DNA of 64,000 nt from Candidatus Poribacteria bacterium (GCA_965197475.1 CBDANF010000003.1:3200001-3264000), one strand, 5' to 3'. Positions 39,876 through 50,841 are shown, numbered from the stretch's first letter. Numbers and translations: made by a program. The notes: generated by a model not told the origin, from the letters alone.

Positions 39876-41003
39876 ATGGCAAAATTCGCAAAAGGTTCCG
39901 TTCATCCATCAGAACTACAGGAATTTGAGGATCAAAATACGAGAGCGCATATTTATCAACTTACAAACGATACGACCATTAACCATAACCTCTATTTTCT
40001 AACCCCATCCTTTACGCCAGACCAAAACCATCTGATTTTCACCTCCTATCGTTCAGGGAAAGCGAATTTCTTCAAACTCGAATTTCCTAATGGAGATATT
40101 GTGCAGTTGACGAATGGTGACGAAGTGCATGGGTATTCTGGTGTAATCACAAAAGACGGAACAGAACTCTTTTACACAGAAGGAGATTCTATTAAAGCGA
40201 TTCATCTTGACACTTTTGAGGAACGTGTACTTGCAGAATTTCCGGATGGTAGCCTTGGGGAATGCAGTGTGAGTGCAGATGAAAAGTTTATCGTAACAGC
40301 GATGAAACGTGATGGGAAATCACACATTACTGTCACTGCGACCGATGGCAGCGGCGGTGAGATTGTCTATACCTCACCGGAACAGACGATTATCCATCCT
40401 CAGTTCCATCCGAAACATGCGGATATGATTGCCTATTCCGGTGACCCCGCGCCACGTATGTGGACTATTAACCGTGATGGCACCGAAAATCGAATGCTGT
40501 ATCAGCATGGTAACAACGAGTTTCTTGTCCACGAGGCCTTTCTTGGATCGCAGGACGAATTGATTGTAACACATTGGCCTTATGCCTTGCGGCGCATATC
40601 GTTAGATACGCTTGAGATGCAGACAATCTCAGACTTTAATGCGTGGCATATTGCGAGTAATCGGACTGGGACAAAGGTGTTGTGTGATACTGTCCATCCA
40701 GATATCGGGTTGCGGTTGGTTGATGTGAAAACGGGGGAACATGTGCCTATCTGTTATCCGCAGAGTTCGTCAAGTGGAAGTCAATGGAAAAAGGATCGGT
40801 ATGCACTCGCTGCGGATTGGGCAGCAGCACAACAGGCAGGGGATCGTGAGAAATCGTTGAGTTGGATGGAGATGAAAGTGGATACGGTGTATGGTCCGCA
40901 GTGGACACATCCGCATCCATCTTTTAGTCCTGATGAAACGGCGGTGGTGTATACCTCGGATGTATCGGGGCATTCGCAAGTTTACGTTGCTGTGATTCCT
41001 TGA
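39876..41003 (+). CDS. Oligogalacturonate lyase-like beta-propeller protein
   Basis: HNLYF..PSFTPD, HPQF, HE, and C-terminal THPHPSFSPD...YTSD. Confidence 0.75.
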   Translation: MAKFAKGSVHPSELQEFEDQNTRAHIYQLTNDTTINHNLYFLTPSFTPDQNHLIFTSYRSGKANFFKLEFPNGDIVQLTNGDEVHGYSGVITKDGTELFYTEGDSIKAIHLDTFEERVLAEFPDGSLGECSVSADEKFIVTAMKRDGKSHITVTATDGSGGEIVYTSPEQTIIHPQFHPKHADMIAYSGDPAPRMWTINRDGTENRMLYQHGNNEFLVHEAFLGSQDELIVTHWPYALRRISLDTLEMQTISDFNAWHIASNRTGTKVLCDTVHPDIGLRLVDVKTGEHVPICYPQSSSSGSQWKKDRYALAADWAAAQQAGDREKSLSWMEMKVDTVYGPQWTHPHPSFSPDETAVVYTSDVSGHSQVYVAVIP

Positions 41004-41048
41004 AGTTGCAAAGGAAATGCAATCATACAATCATTTAGATGATTGCAA

Positions 41049-41735
41049 TTAGGGGAGTACAGGCACAATGTGCTTTAGCGCGCCTTCTTTCTGAGCAAAA
41101 TCTTTGAGCTCCGGATCAAGGTTTACCGCTTGCTTAAGGGATTCTAAAGATTTTTGCGGTTCATCCGAAAGGGCATAAGCACACGCAAGGTTATAGTGCA
41201 ATAGTGGAGCTTCGGGAAAAGTTTGTAGCGCATGTAGGCATATCTTACGGGCATTGGTAGGTTCGTTTTTCTGGAGATAGACGGTTGCCAAATTGACATA
41301 AACTTCTGCCATATACGGTGCCATCCGTATCGCTTTCTTGAAGGTTTCAATGGCTTGTGAATATTGATTCGCCTGTAAGTAAGCTTGTCCAAGGTTATTG
41401 TACGCAGAAGGAGCATTTTTGAAAAAAATGGTACGACTTTTGTTTTTGATCGCTTTTTGATATGCTTCAATAGCTTGTTCGGGTTCGCCGTTACGCATGT
41501 GGAAGGATGCTTTTCGATAGTTGTCATTGAACTGTGTTTGATGGTGCCAGACCCACAAAAACAGTAATGTCACCGCAAGGCAAAACGTCATACAACCGAT
41601 TCTGAAAACTTTATTTGTTGGTGCTTGTTCAGCATCGGAATCTTCAATAGATTCATGTTCTTGAGTTTCGTTCGGATCCGTGTCAAGTTCGTCTATAGGT
41701 TCATGTTCTTGAGTTTGATTTTCGTTTGAAGCCAT
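41049..41735 (-). CDS. Membrane-anchored TPR protein
   Basis: One TM helix; AYNNLG, YVNLA and YNLACAYA TPR motifs. Confidence 0.85.
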   Translation of the reverse strand: MASNENQTQEHEPIDELDTDPNETQEHESIEDSDAEQAPTNKVFRIGCMTFCLAVTLLFLWVWHHQTQFNDNYRKASFHMRNGEPEQAIEAYQKAIKNKSRTIFFKNAPSAYNNLGQAYLQANQYSQAIETFKKAIRMAPYMAEVYVNLATVYLQKNEPTNARKICLHALQTFPEAPLLHYNLACAYALSDEPQKSLESLKQAVNLDPELKDFAQKEGALKHIVPVLP

Positions 41736-41809
41736 AATTAAAATTTATTATAAAGTCGCAGTTCAAAATTTCAATTGGGGTTTCTTAGCTCACAGAAGGA
41801 ATACAAAAA

Positions 41810-42865
41810 ATGAAAACTTACGGTTTTGGTATCATAGGGTGTGGAATGATTTCTGATTTTCATTCTGCCGCAATTTCCGATTTAGAACACGGTCAATTAG
41901 TTGCTGTGAGTTCTCGAAATGCGGACAACGCAAAACGACTCACAGATAAATACAACGTTGAAGGTTATGCCGATTACACCGAGATGCTCAAACGGGACGA
42001 TCTTGATATCGTTTGTGTTTGTACGCCGAGTGGTGCACATCTTGAACCGGCTGTTGCCGCCGCAGAAGCAGGTAAACATGTTATTGTTGAAAAACCGCTG
42101 GAAATCACTTTACAACGGTGCGATGAAATTATCCAAGCCTGCGATGAAGCAGGTGTTCGACTATGCGCCATTTTCAATTCACGATTTACTGAGGGGGCAC
42201 AACTCATAAAATCTACAATTGACAGTGGACGGTTCGGTAAGTTAACCTTGGGTGATGCCTATATCAAATGGTATCGTTCCCAAGAGTATTACGATAGCGG
42301 CGGTTGGCGCGGCACGCGGAACCTTGACGGTGGCGGTGTCCTGATGAATCAATCTATACACGCTATTGACCTACTACAGTATTATATGGGTCCCGTCCAG
42401 TCTGTGCAAGCATTTACTGATACGTTGGCACACGAACGCATTGAAGTAGAAGATGTCGCTGTTGCTGCGCTTCGGTTTGAAAATGGCGCGTTAGGTGTCA
42501 TTGAAGGCACAACCGCTGCTTACCCCGGTATGTTTAAGAAGACTGAAATCTGTGGCACAAAAGGCACCGCGATTTTAGAGGAAGAGGACATCGTGAAATG
42601 GGAATTTGACCCTGAACTTCCTGAAGATGCAGAGATTCGAGAAAAATTCGCTCAACAGACAGATACTGGCGGTGGTGCCTCTGACCCCCGTGCCATCAAT
42701 AACGCGAATCACCGTCGGCAGATGGAGAACCTTATCAATGGTCTTGAAACCGATGCATCCCATTTGGTTGACGGTCGTGAGGGACGCAAATCGGTTGAAA
42801 TTATCCTCGCTATTTATCAATCAAGCCGTGAGGGGCGTATCGTTGAATTACCTCTTTCTGTTTAA
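41810..42865 (+). CDS. Gfo/Idh/MocA-family oxidoreductase
   Basis: GCGMI, EKP and GGGVLMNQSIH motifs. Confidence 0.92.
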   Translation: MKTYGFGIIGCGMISDFHSAAISDLEHGQLVAVSSRNADNAKRLTDKYNVEGYADYTEMLKRDDLDIVCVCTPSGAHLEPAVAAAEAGKHVIVEKPLEITLQRCDEIIQACDEAGVRLCAIFNSRFTEGAQLIKSTIDSGRFGKLTLGDAYIKWYRSQEYYDSGGWRGTRNLDGGGVLMNQSIHAIDLLQYYMGPVQSVQAFTDTLAHERIEVEDVAVAALRFENGALGVIEGTTAAYPGMFKKTEICGTKGTAILEEEDIVKWEFDPELPEDAEIREKFAQQTDTGGGASDPRAINNANHRRQMENLINGLETDASHLVDGREGRKSVEIILAIYQSSREGRIVELPLSV

Positions 42866-42950
42866 TGGTAGTACGCATTAGGCGGGCTTACAAAGCCCTC
42901 CTACAAGAGTTTCGTCAATTGAATGGTTCAGTACTTTGTAGAGAAACACC

Positions 42951-43916
42951 TTACGGATAATCAAATACTATCTTGACTGCTTCATCCTTCTTATGCAGTG
43001 CCATCTCAAAGCCTTTTTGTGCTTCGGTGAACGGCAGATGGTGTGTGATAATCGGTGACACGTCAATACGACCTTGGGCAATCATATCCATTGCTAACGG
43101 GAAGTCGTTCGGCACATCGGGACCAACCGAACCGAGGAATCGGATATTTTTCCTGAAGAATTCAGCGAACTGAAAATTGTATACCTCATCGTCTGGCACT
43201 CCGAAAGCGAGGAGTGTTGCGCCCCGTTTCAGCAGTTGCAGGCACGTGTTGATTGTTTCTGTTTGATGCCCCACGACTTCAATCACAAGGTCAGCCATTC
43301 TGCCATCAGTTATCTCTTTAACAGCGGTAACAATATCTTCATTGGCGGAATTTATCGTATGTGTGGCGCGCATCTGCTTGGATACTTCAAGTCGAAAGTC
43401 CACCAAATCAGTTGCTATTACTGTTTTCGCACCGAGGTTGCTCAACATGTGCGTAAAAAGCTGTCCCATCGGTCCCTGCCCTATAATGACTGTATCCAAA
43501 TTGAGCAGATTTCCTAACTTTCGACATGCCCAAACAACGGTTCCGAGAGGCTGAGACATCAGGATACAATCTTTCCGATGATATTCTACTAACGGCACAG
43601 TAACACTCTCATCGGATAGAAAGTATTCTGAACATCCACCGATATGACGCGGGAGCGCGAGTACTTCGTCCCCAACTTTGAATTTCTCCGACTTACTATC
43701 GGTAACAACGCCAATTGCCTCGTGAATGGAAAGCCCCTTCCCAAGCGGATAACGATCAGCAGGATGTTCAAGTACAAAAGATGGCATATCACTACCACAG
43801 ACAGCACTGTGGAGGGTCTTAATCATCACTGTGCCATCTGGATAGTCTGCCAGATTTGGTTTATCTATATCAATAATTTCAATATGATGTGGTGCAACAA
43901 TTTGCCCTGCTTTCAT
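42951..43916 (-). CDS. Zinc-binding dehydrogenase (MDR family)
   Basis: CGSD, HE and GQGPMG motifs. AAGGAG RBS before ATG 43916. Confidence 0.85.
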   Translation of the reverse strand: MKAGQIVAPHHIEIIDIDKPNLADYPDGTVMIKTLHSAVCGSDMPSFVLEHPADRYPLGKGLSIHEAIGVVTDSKSEKFKVGDEVLALPRHIGGCSEYFLSDESVTVPLVEYHRKDCILMSQPLGTVVWACRKLGNLLNLDTVIIGQGPMGQLFTHMLSNLGAKTVIATDLVDFRLEVSKQMRATHTINSANEDIVTAVKEITDGRMADLVIEVVGHQTETINTCLQLLKRGATLLAFGVPDDEVYNFQFAEFFRKNIRFLGSVGPDVPNDFPLAMDMIAQGRIDVSPIITHHLPFTEAQKGFEMALHKKDEAVKIVFDYP

Positions 43917-44058
43917 AAAATCTCCTTTTATAGTAGATTTTACAATATAACAATACACCGTCCATCGGCGCGCTTACAAAGCGCGCCTACCAGTAGGTGT
44001 TTACTTATTTTCATATTTCACCATAGTTTTGCCCAATAGTCATTAGTAAAAATTCGTC

Positions 44059-45036
44059 TTATAAAGAAGATATGATTGACAAAACCTGCTTATGTAACGT
44101 TCTATTGGTCGCCACGACACCGCGATTGTCGGTCATGCGTCTGCCGCTAAGGAAACTCAACGATTTTCCGTTCGCATCAGTTACTTTTCCGCCAGCCTCT
44201 TCAACCACAATAAGCCCTGCAGCATGGTCCCAAATACATTCGCGATAGTCAGGATACTCCGGATTCGGAAGACGAATATAGAGAGACGCTTCGCCGCGTG
44301 CGACTATACCGTATTTTGCTTGACTGTCAATTTGAAGTGGCGGTTTATTAAGTCCGAGTTTGTTCGCAATTTGGGTATGCGTATTGCTGTCGCCATGTGT
44401 GAATTCAAAACTTTCTGCTAACCGAGATGCGTTTTCCGAAACGCGTATTTTTCCTAATAGTTCACCTTTTGTTGTATAGATAGTTGTGCCTTCACCACGA
44501 ACAGCAACAAAGAGACAGCCGCGTTCAGAATCGGTAACATCCAATTGATGCGGTAGATTCGGACATCCTAAAACTCCAAGTTGAACTTCGTTATTAACTA
44601 TCCACGCCAAAGCAATTGCGTACTGATCTTGGCGAAGAAAGCCTTTGGTGCCATCAATCGGATCAAGCGTCCAAAAACTTTCCTCTATTTCACCGCTTCC
44701 TCTGTCAATCCATTCGCAAACGTTTTGAGTGGAAATATTTTCTTGCTGCTGTGCGTCTTCCGTTACAAACTGATTGACATATTCTGTAACACGTCCCAGA
44801 AGTGTGGGATTTTCTTTAAGGGATTGAGCGTCCTCTTCAGCAACAATAATGTCTTCAGGAAAAGCATCCCCAATCGCTTTGCATATCAGTGCTTGCGATC
44901 CAAAATCTGCTACGGTTACAGGACTACGGTCACTTTTTTGAATAGCATCCGTTGATACCATCTCATCCTGTACCTGTTGGCAAAGTTCTCCCGCTTTAAG
45001 GACAGCCTCTATTGCAATCTGTTTTTTAGAATTCAT
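44059..45036 (-). CDS. 3'(2'),5'-bisphosphate nucleotidase, HAL2/Met22 type
   Basis: SPVTVADFGSQA, LDPIDGTKGF, DSQAKY and WDHAAG motifs. Confidence 0.9.
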   Translation of the reverse strand: MNSKKQIAIEAVLKAGELCQQVQDEMVSTDAIQKSDRSPVTVADFGSQALICKAIGDAFPEDIIVAEEDAQSLKENPTLLGRVTEYVNQFVTEDAQQQENISTQNVCEWIDRGSGEIEESFWTLDPIDGTKGFLRQDQYAIALAWIVNNEVQLGVLGCPNLPHQLDVTDSERGCLFVAVRGEGTTIYTTKGELLGKIRVSENASRLAESFEFTHGDSNTHTQIANKLGLNKPPLQIDSQAKYGIVARGEASLYIRLPNPEYPDYRECIWDHAAGLIVVEEAGGKVTDANGKSLSFLSGRRMTDNRGVVATNRTLHKQVLSIISSL

Positions 45037-45075
45037 TCTTTGTGGAGGCGCGCGGTGCGTTCCTAATAATATCCT

Positions 45076-45708
45076 TTAAAAAAGTGTTGATTTCGGAATG
45101 TCTTTAGCCTGATCCAGTTTCCGTTTCGCTTCCACAATATCGTCTATGATGGTTCGACGCGTTGTAGTAAAATTATCCCCTTCTTGTCGTAAAACGTAGG
45201 CTGGATTATAAGTTGCCATAGCAAAAGGTGCATAACGAGTATCCGTAAACCACTTGCCGCGTTCTTCTGTAATACGGAATCGGGGATGAATAAGTGTTTT
45301 TGCAGCGGGAGCACCTAAACATAAAATTACCGAGGGTTGAATCAAAGTTAATTCACTATCAAGCCATTTTGAACATGCCTTAATTTCTGCTGCCTTCGGT
45401 AAACGGTTTTTCAATTCACCGTCTTTCAATCCTACTGCACGGCATTTTATAATATTCGTTAGCCAGATGTCACTCCGTGTGAGTCCATTTGCAGTCAGCA
45501 CTTCATCTAACATGTTGCCTGCGGGACCTGAGAATGGAAATCCTGTGTGATTATCTGCGGCAGATGGACCTTCACCAACAATAACTAATTTTGCGTTGAC
45601 ATCGCCACTGCCACAGACAACATTAACTCGGGTTTTCGCCAAATCGCAATCTGTACAAACGCTTGCACGTGTTTTGATGTTTTGGATCTGTGTTTGGCGA
45701 TTTGTCAT
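45076..45708 (-). CDS. Uracil-DNA glycosylase family 4 ([4Fe-4S])
   Basis: CTDC, GEGP, PFSGPAG, TNIIKC and YNPAYVLR motifs. Confidence 0.88.
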   Translation of the reverse strand: MTNRQTQIQNIKTRASVCTDCDLAKTRVNVVCGSGDVNAKLVIVGEGPSAADNHTGFPFSGPAGNMLDEVLTANGLTRSDIWLTNIIKCRAVGLKDGELKNRLPKAAEIKACSKWLDSELTLIQPSVILCLGAPAAKTLIHPRFRITEERGKWFTDTRYAPFAMATYNPAYVLRQEGDNFTTTRRTIIDDIVEAKRKLDQAKDIPKSTLF

Positions 45709-48299
45709 GATTTCGGGGTGCCACCTATTGTCTTCGTAAATTGAATGCTCGCGTGGATCAACGACTCAGTTGCACCAAAAGTCAACTGATAAATAGGTCT
45801 GTCCCAACTGTATTGATAATCGCTGCCGTAACCAGATACACCGATCGGGATATAATCCTCTGGCACATGAATAAAAAATGTTCCCGCTGACTGCCTCGTT
45901 GGTTGACAGATGATGAGATAACTTTGGCTGTGGCTATCCCAACCTGCTGACAAAATCTCAACGCTTCCTTGTGTATAATGGATGTCCGTGGAGAGCAGTT
46001 GTGGTACCTCTTGTTCTTCACGGAGACACAAAAGTTTTGTGGTCCGAGGTGCCATATTCAACAACGTTACATTTTTAGAAACAACACCTAAGTATTGGCG
46101 CATCCAAAAATCGTGAACGAGATAGTCTTTATCTGGATTAAGTCCAAATAAATCTAAATTCAGATGGATATCGTCTTGTTGGTCTTTCCAATTAAAGACA
46201 CCAACAAGATTCCAATCTTCACGCGGTGTTTTAACAGGCAAGTGCCAAATTTGTGGAAACGGTTCGTCGTACCGGTCAATCGGGGTCGCTGCATTACCGG
46301 AAAGTGGTAATAATTTTGCCACTAATCCAGCCCTTAGTGGTGAAATGGTCGTAGGCGTATTCACACATAAAACTGTAGCACCACTCAAAGCAGCGGTAGT
46401 CATTTCAACAATCGCCTCATTTATAGGACGCGGTTCATCAACAAATAAGTCACCGTAAACATGATTCCAGAGGGTGTCATGTGCGTTTAGATACCCAGCA
46501 TAGCGACTCAGTCTGTGCTTTGTTCCATTTTGTTGATGCCAAGAGTCACTGCTATCTACTTGCTTCTGACGCAAAAGCGGGTAATTAAGATCAAAACTTC
46601 CAATACAGACACTCTCAATTATGTTATAACCAGCGAGAATAACCTTATTTTCAGTAGACTCTACCACTTCTTTGAGCAAACGGACAGCCAACCGGTACAA
46701 TTCTGCTGAGGTAAGAGAACTGTCATGCCACGTCACATTTGGTGCGACCGTCATCATACCACTTGTATAACTCGACAAATCTATCTTAATTAAGTCGTAT
46801 CCCCATTCATCTACTAACTTTTTAATTACTTTCCGGACGTGTGTCTGTGTTTCTGGATGAGAAGCATCTAATATGGCAAGTGCTGCTTTACTCCCGGGTA
46901 AATGGACTTCAACAGGTGCATCAACATCTGCGGGTTTTGCCTTACCTTTTCCTGATGGCGTTTTTTCTCTGTTTTTAGATCGTAGGCATACTTCAGGATA
47001 CTTTTGGATTAATTCTGAATTACGTTCAATCCCAAACGGATCAATACAGATGCCCGCTTTGAACCCATTATCGTGAATTTGCTCAACCACCGATGCCATG
47101 CCTTCAGGAAAATGATCCGCGTTCAATGACAAATAACCGCGACTTACCTGCCATCCCGATTCCAGATGAATGTAGTCTATTCCGCCCGTAAGTTCAGGTT
47201 TAAACAGGGGATTTTGAGCAATTGATCGGGTTTGTTCACCAATTGAATTCGCTGACAGCTCTCCCTGCATATTTCCCGATGACAAGCTCCAACCAGTGAA
47301 AATATTCCGGTGAATACGGTTTTCGGATGGGACGTTGTCAGAACTGTTTTCTGCGGCGAGGCGTTCGGTATAACGCGTATACGATGATGCGGCATCCTCT
47401 GAAAAATCGAGATATCCAATTTCCGATGTAACCTCTTCGCCTATTTGACACGTTTTGTGTTCACAATCATGGTAAAGTGCCCAAGTTGTTAACCCTTGTT
47501 GAGATTTGCGTTTTGAGCCTTGATAACCTATCTCCATGCGAGGCCACCACTTGTTGGCTGTGATAAACCCGAACAAGAACGACTTCTGGCTATCGGTGTC
47601 GTATAGAATGCCATCCTGACACGGTTGTAAGGTATTATCCTGGTTTAAACGGAATCCATCATAGATTTTACGATGGGTGTCAGCACTGGGAGATATCGGC
47701 GGCATTTTGAGGAAAAGATGGTATTGAGACGGGTGACCACCCAATTGCACTGCGCCATGCTGTGCTGAAATATCAATAAGCGTGATATTTGATAGGCAAA
47801 TCGGTGTTGAGTTTAAGTTTTCAACGCCAACTTTCAGTAAAATATAGGGGTGGTCCGCGTAGCAGGTGAGGTAGGTATGTATACGGACACCGGTGCCATC
47901 AGATACATCATTCGCATCCACATCAACATCTTGCGGTGAACCCGAATTGGGTGCTTGTTCCAAGTTGTCAGGCTTTTCACCCAAACTGTGAGCATCGCCG
48001 TTCTGATGCTGCTTCTTGGTTGCTTCGGTTTCATAAGAAAACCGTAAGGTTTGATGGATCCCAAAATCGTCTGTTTTCACTGGTCCCGTGTAGAATTCCC
48101 GAAACCCAGCATTAGACGTTTTCAAGATGATTTCATCTTTCAGGCTAATTTGTGTGAACGCGTTTTTGATAATTGTTTTGTCGTTTTTATTGCTATAGTT
48201 CCATGTTCCTTTTGATAAATTAAATTCGATTTGGTATTTTGGATGGTTTATTACGACGAGTTTTCCCTGCCGTGATATGGCTATATCCTCAAGTTTCAT
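45705..48299 (-). CDS. Alpha-galactosidase-like (GH36/GH27 clan) protein
   Basis: HLESGW, FPEGM, LDASHP, GYDLIKID, VFNW, DFW motifs. Start overlaps the rsmD end. Confidence 0.7.
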   Translation of the reverse strand: MKLEDIAISRQGKLVVINHPKYQIEFNLSKGTWNYSNKNDKTIIKNAFTQISLKDEIILKTSNAGFREFYTGPVKTDDFGIHQTLRFSYETEATKKQHQNGDAHSLGEKPDNLEQAPNSGSPQDVDVDANDVSDGTGVRIHTYLTCYADHPYILLKVGVENLNSTPICLSNITLIDISAQHGAVQLGGHPSQYHLFLKMPPISPSADTHRKIYDGFRLNQDNTLQPCQDGILYDTDSQKSFLFGFITANKWWPRMEIGYQGSKRKSQQGLTTWALYHDCEHKTCQIGEEVTSEIGYLDFSEDAASSYTRYTERLAAENSSDNVPSENRIHRNIFTGWSLSSGNMQGELSANSIGEQTRSIAQNPLFKPELTGGIDYIHLESGWQVSRGYLSLNADHFPEGMASVVEQIHDNGFKAGICIDPFGIERNSELIQKYPEVCLRSKNREKTPSGKGKAKPADVDAPVEVHLPGSKAALAILDASHPETQTHVRKVIKKLVDEWGYDLIKIDLSSYTSGMMTVAPNVTWHDSSLTSAELYRLAVRLLKEVVESTENKVILAGYNIIESVCIGSFDLNYPLLRQKQVDSSDSWHQQNGTKHRLSRYAGYLNAHDTLWNHVYGDLFVDEPRPINEAIVEMTTAALSGATVLCVNTPTTISPLRAGLVAKLLPLSGNAATPIDRYDEPFPQIWHLPVKTPREDWNLVGVFNWKDQQDDIHLNLDLFGLNPDKDYLVHDFWMRQYLGVVSKNVTLLNMAPRTTKLLCLREEQEVPQLLSTDIHYTQGSVEILSAGWDSHSQSYLIICQPTRQSAGTFFIHVPEDYIPIGVSGYGSDYQYSWDRPIYQLTFGATESLIHASIQFTKTIGGTPKS

Positions 48300-48870
48300 G
48301 CACGTTTTCCTTAGTGTAACGGTAGAAACTAACACATGTGTCCCCATACTGCTTTTGTCTATTACATCTTAGTGATCCGATATCTAAAGGCAATTCAGTA
48401 TGTTTGTGGTGTTCTACCAATAGCATTCCCGTAGATTGAAGTATGCAAGCATCTGAAATTTGCATGAGGCATCTGATGTAAATCTCCGCACTGTAAGGCG
48501 GATCAAAATAGATCAACTCAAATGCCTCATCCTGCATGCGTAACGTAACAATACCTTTCGTAACATCTCTCCGTATCAACTGAACTTTCGGATCACTCGT
48601 CTCTAAACCGCATGCTTGGAGATTCCGTTCAATCAAACGAAGGCACTTCAGGTTTTGTTCCAAGAAGGTTACTTGCTTAGCACCACGACTCAGAGCTTCA
48701 ATCCCAATGTTGCCAGTGCCAGCGCATAAGTCAAGAAACCTGGTATTAATCACGTGTTCCCGTAAAATACTAAAAACAGACTCTTTAACTCTATCGGTCG
48801 TAGGGCGGACGGTCATGTTTTTAGGTGTAGCCAAACGTCTACCCTTAAATTTGCCAGCGATAACTCGCAT
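48289..48870 (-). CDS. rsmD: 16S rRNA m2G966 methyltransferase
   Basis: MRVIAGKFKGR, RPTTDRVKESVF, IEALSRGA and DPPY motifs. Confidence 0.95.
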   Translation of the reverse strand: MRVIAGKFKGRRLATPKNMTVRPTTDRVKESVFSILREHVINTRFLDLCAGTGNIGIEALSRGAKQVTFLEQNLKCLRLIERNLQACGLETSDPKVQLIRRDVTKGIVTLRMQDEAFELIYFDPPYSAEIYIRCLMQISDACILQSTGMLLVEHHKHTELPLDIGSLRCNRQKQYGDTCVSFYRYTKENVHET

Positions 48871-48975
48871 TTCGCACCTTGTGCAAGGTCCCTACCATCT
48901 GAATTGTAAAACTACGTTTGAGTTTGACAGGTTATCACATCCAGTGGTTGAGGTATTGGATTTCGCTGCGCTCTA

Positions 48976-49220
48976 CCCTTATGTGTCAACTTAGCGTCTA
49001 ATCTTTCTTATGGGAGGGTGATCCACTCTTGTGGGAGGGTTTTTCAAACCCGATTTTCGATGCTACAAGACATAATATGGGGGCTTACAAGGTTTCCCTC
49101 CCACAAGATAAACGCTTGATTAGCAACGGGCGCGCTTAAAAAGCGCGCCTACCTTGAGTTAGGAAATCGGGCGGACAAGGTTTCCCTCTCACAAGAAAAT
49201 CAATTCTTAAATTGACTCAT
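48976..49220. repeat. Degenerate family-B MITE packed with REP-like hairpins
   Basis: CCCTTATGTGTCAACTTAG...CTTAAATTGACTCAT enclosing several GTGGGAGGG / CCCTCCCACAAG and GCGCGC hairpins. Confidence 0.55.
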
Positions 49221-49223
49221 CTT

Positions 49224-50552
49224 TTATACAAACAGTTCTTCAATGACAGTACCTTCATTGACGACCCGTATCGGACGACCAGAACGAGACATATTCTCTT
49301 CTTGATAGTCAATCCCCAGCGCAAAGCAGAGCGATGCAAATAGGTCCTGCACAGCAACCGGAGCGGAGACAACCTTTGTTCCATCTTCGTTTGTGCCACC
49401 AATGACTTGTCCACCCTGGGTACCGCCGCCTGCTATAACAGCTGACCAACCGTTCGGGTGGTGGTCGCGTCCATCGTCCATATTAATTTTCGGTGTTCGT
49501 CCGAATTCGCCAAGCCATAGGATGATGGTTTCGTCAAGCAGATCACGTTCGCTCAGGTCTTTGATAAGCATTGCAAATGCTGGGTCAACAAGGTTCAGGA
49601 GTTCTTTCGTTCTTTCAAAGTTGTTTTCGTGCGTATCCCAACCATCAAGCGTGATTTCAACAAATTTAACGCCAGATTCAACAAGCCGTCTCGCCATCAA
49701 ACAACCTTGTCCGAAACGGTTCATACCGTAAGCTTCACGTACCTCAGCCGGTTCTTCCTTAAGTTCAAACGCTTTAACATTGGGTGAGTTAATGAGTTCG
49801 TCAGCCTTTTTGTAGATAGCTTCATGCGCTTCTGTCCCAAGTCCAGGACGTTTGGCGATGAAATCTTTCTCAAGGTTCTTAAGCATTTTGAGACGTTCGC
49901 GAAAACGGTGTGTATCCATCTGTGGGGGATACTTCAGATCATCAACCGGTTTCAACGGATTATTCACAACAAACGGATCGTGTGATGCGCCAAGGAACCC
50001 ACCGGAGTATGTTGGCGAATTGATATTCACACAACTTGGCAAGTGAGATGCGTCGTCATCAAGATAGTAAGAGGTCAATGAACCCAAAGTGGGGTGTCGG
50101 ACTGCGCCGCCGGGTGCGTAGCCGGTATGCAGTAAATATCGTGCGCGTTCATGGTTGCCTTCGCGAGATACCATTGAACGAATAACGGAAAGGTGATGCG
50201 CCTGTTCAGCAACAAAGGGGAGATGTTCGGAAAACTCAATACCTTTAACACTCGTAGGAATCGGCAAGAAAGGTCCGCTGTTTTTTACCGAAGGTTGTTT
50301 CGGGTCGAAAGTATCTAACTGACTCGGTCCGCCGCTCATAAACATTACGATACAGTGTTTCGCTCGCGGAATAACCTCTTCCAGCTGTGCGGCACCTGTC
50401 GTACCAAAATGTTGCATTGCAACGAGCCCCAGAAAACTACTTACCCCATATTTGAAAAAACTGCGCCGGGAAATCTCTTGGTGCCATAATTCAGGCGTAT
50501 CATATTCGGGGATCCATAATCCTGATCTCATTAATTTTTTATGCATTCTCAA
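49224..50552 (-). CDS. DUF1501-family protein (Tat-like signal)
   Basis: SRRSFF, GGPSQLDTFDPK, ARRLVESGV, WDTH, GEFGRTP and GRDH motifs. Confidence 0.92.
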   Translation of the reverse strand: MRMHKKLMRSGLWIPEYDTPELWHQEISRRSFFKYGVSSFLGLVAMQHFGTTGAAQLEEVIPRAKHCIVMFMSGGPSQLDTFDPKQPSVKNSGPFLPIPTSVKGIEFSEHLPFVAEQAHHLSVIRSMVSREGNHERARYLLHTGYAPGGAVRHPTLGSLTSYYLDDDASHLPSCVNINSPTYSGGFLGASHDPFVVNNPLKPVDDLKYPPQMDTHRFRERLKMLKNLEKDFIAKRPGLGTEAHEAIYKKADELINSPNVKAFELKEEPAEVREAYGMNRFGQGCLMARRLVESGVKFVEITLDGWDTHENNFERTKELLNLVDPAFAMLIKDLSERDLLDETIILWLGEFGRTPKINMDDGRDHHPNGWSAVIAGGGTQGGQVIGGTNEDGTKVVSAPVAVQDLFASLCFALGIDYQEENMSRSGRPIRVVNEGTVIEELFV

Positions 50553-50841
50553 CGCAAGTATCTATACTTGGGAATGCAACTCCTTATTTTGACCCGCTAT
50601 GTGCATGAAAATAATATTTACACCTGCGGGATAGGTGCAAATTCTGACGCTGTTCATACAAAAGATTTTACTATTACGTATGCTGCTTCTTTAATGACTT
50701 CATAGTTCTGCAGGTGAACATTAATAATATGATAACATACTTGCATTTCGAAAACAAGTTAAAAATAAGAATTTTGTGCTATGTTTTTGACATTGACCCT
50801 TCCCTCTTTCTTGTGGGAGGGCTTTCTAACCCCGATATATT

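Noticed and set aside
45076-45708. UdgX-type covalent uracil trap
   Set aside because: It lacks the KRRIH loop and looks like an ordinary family-4 UDG.
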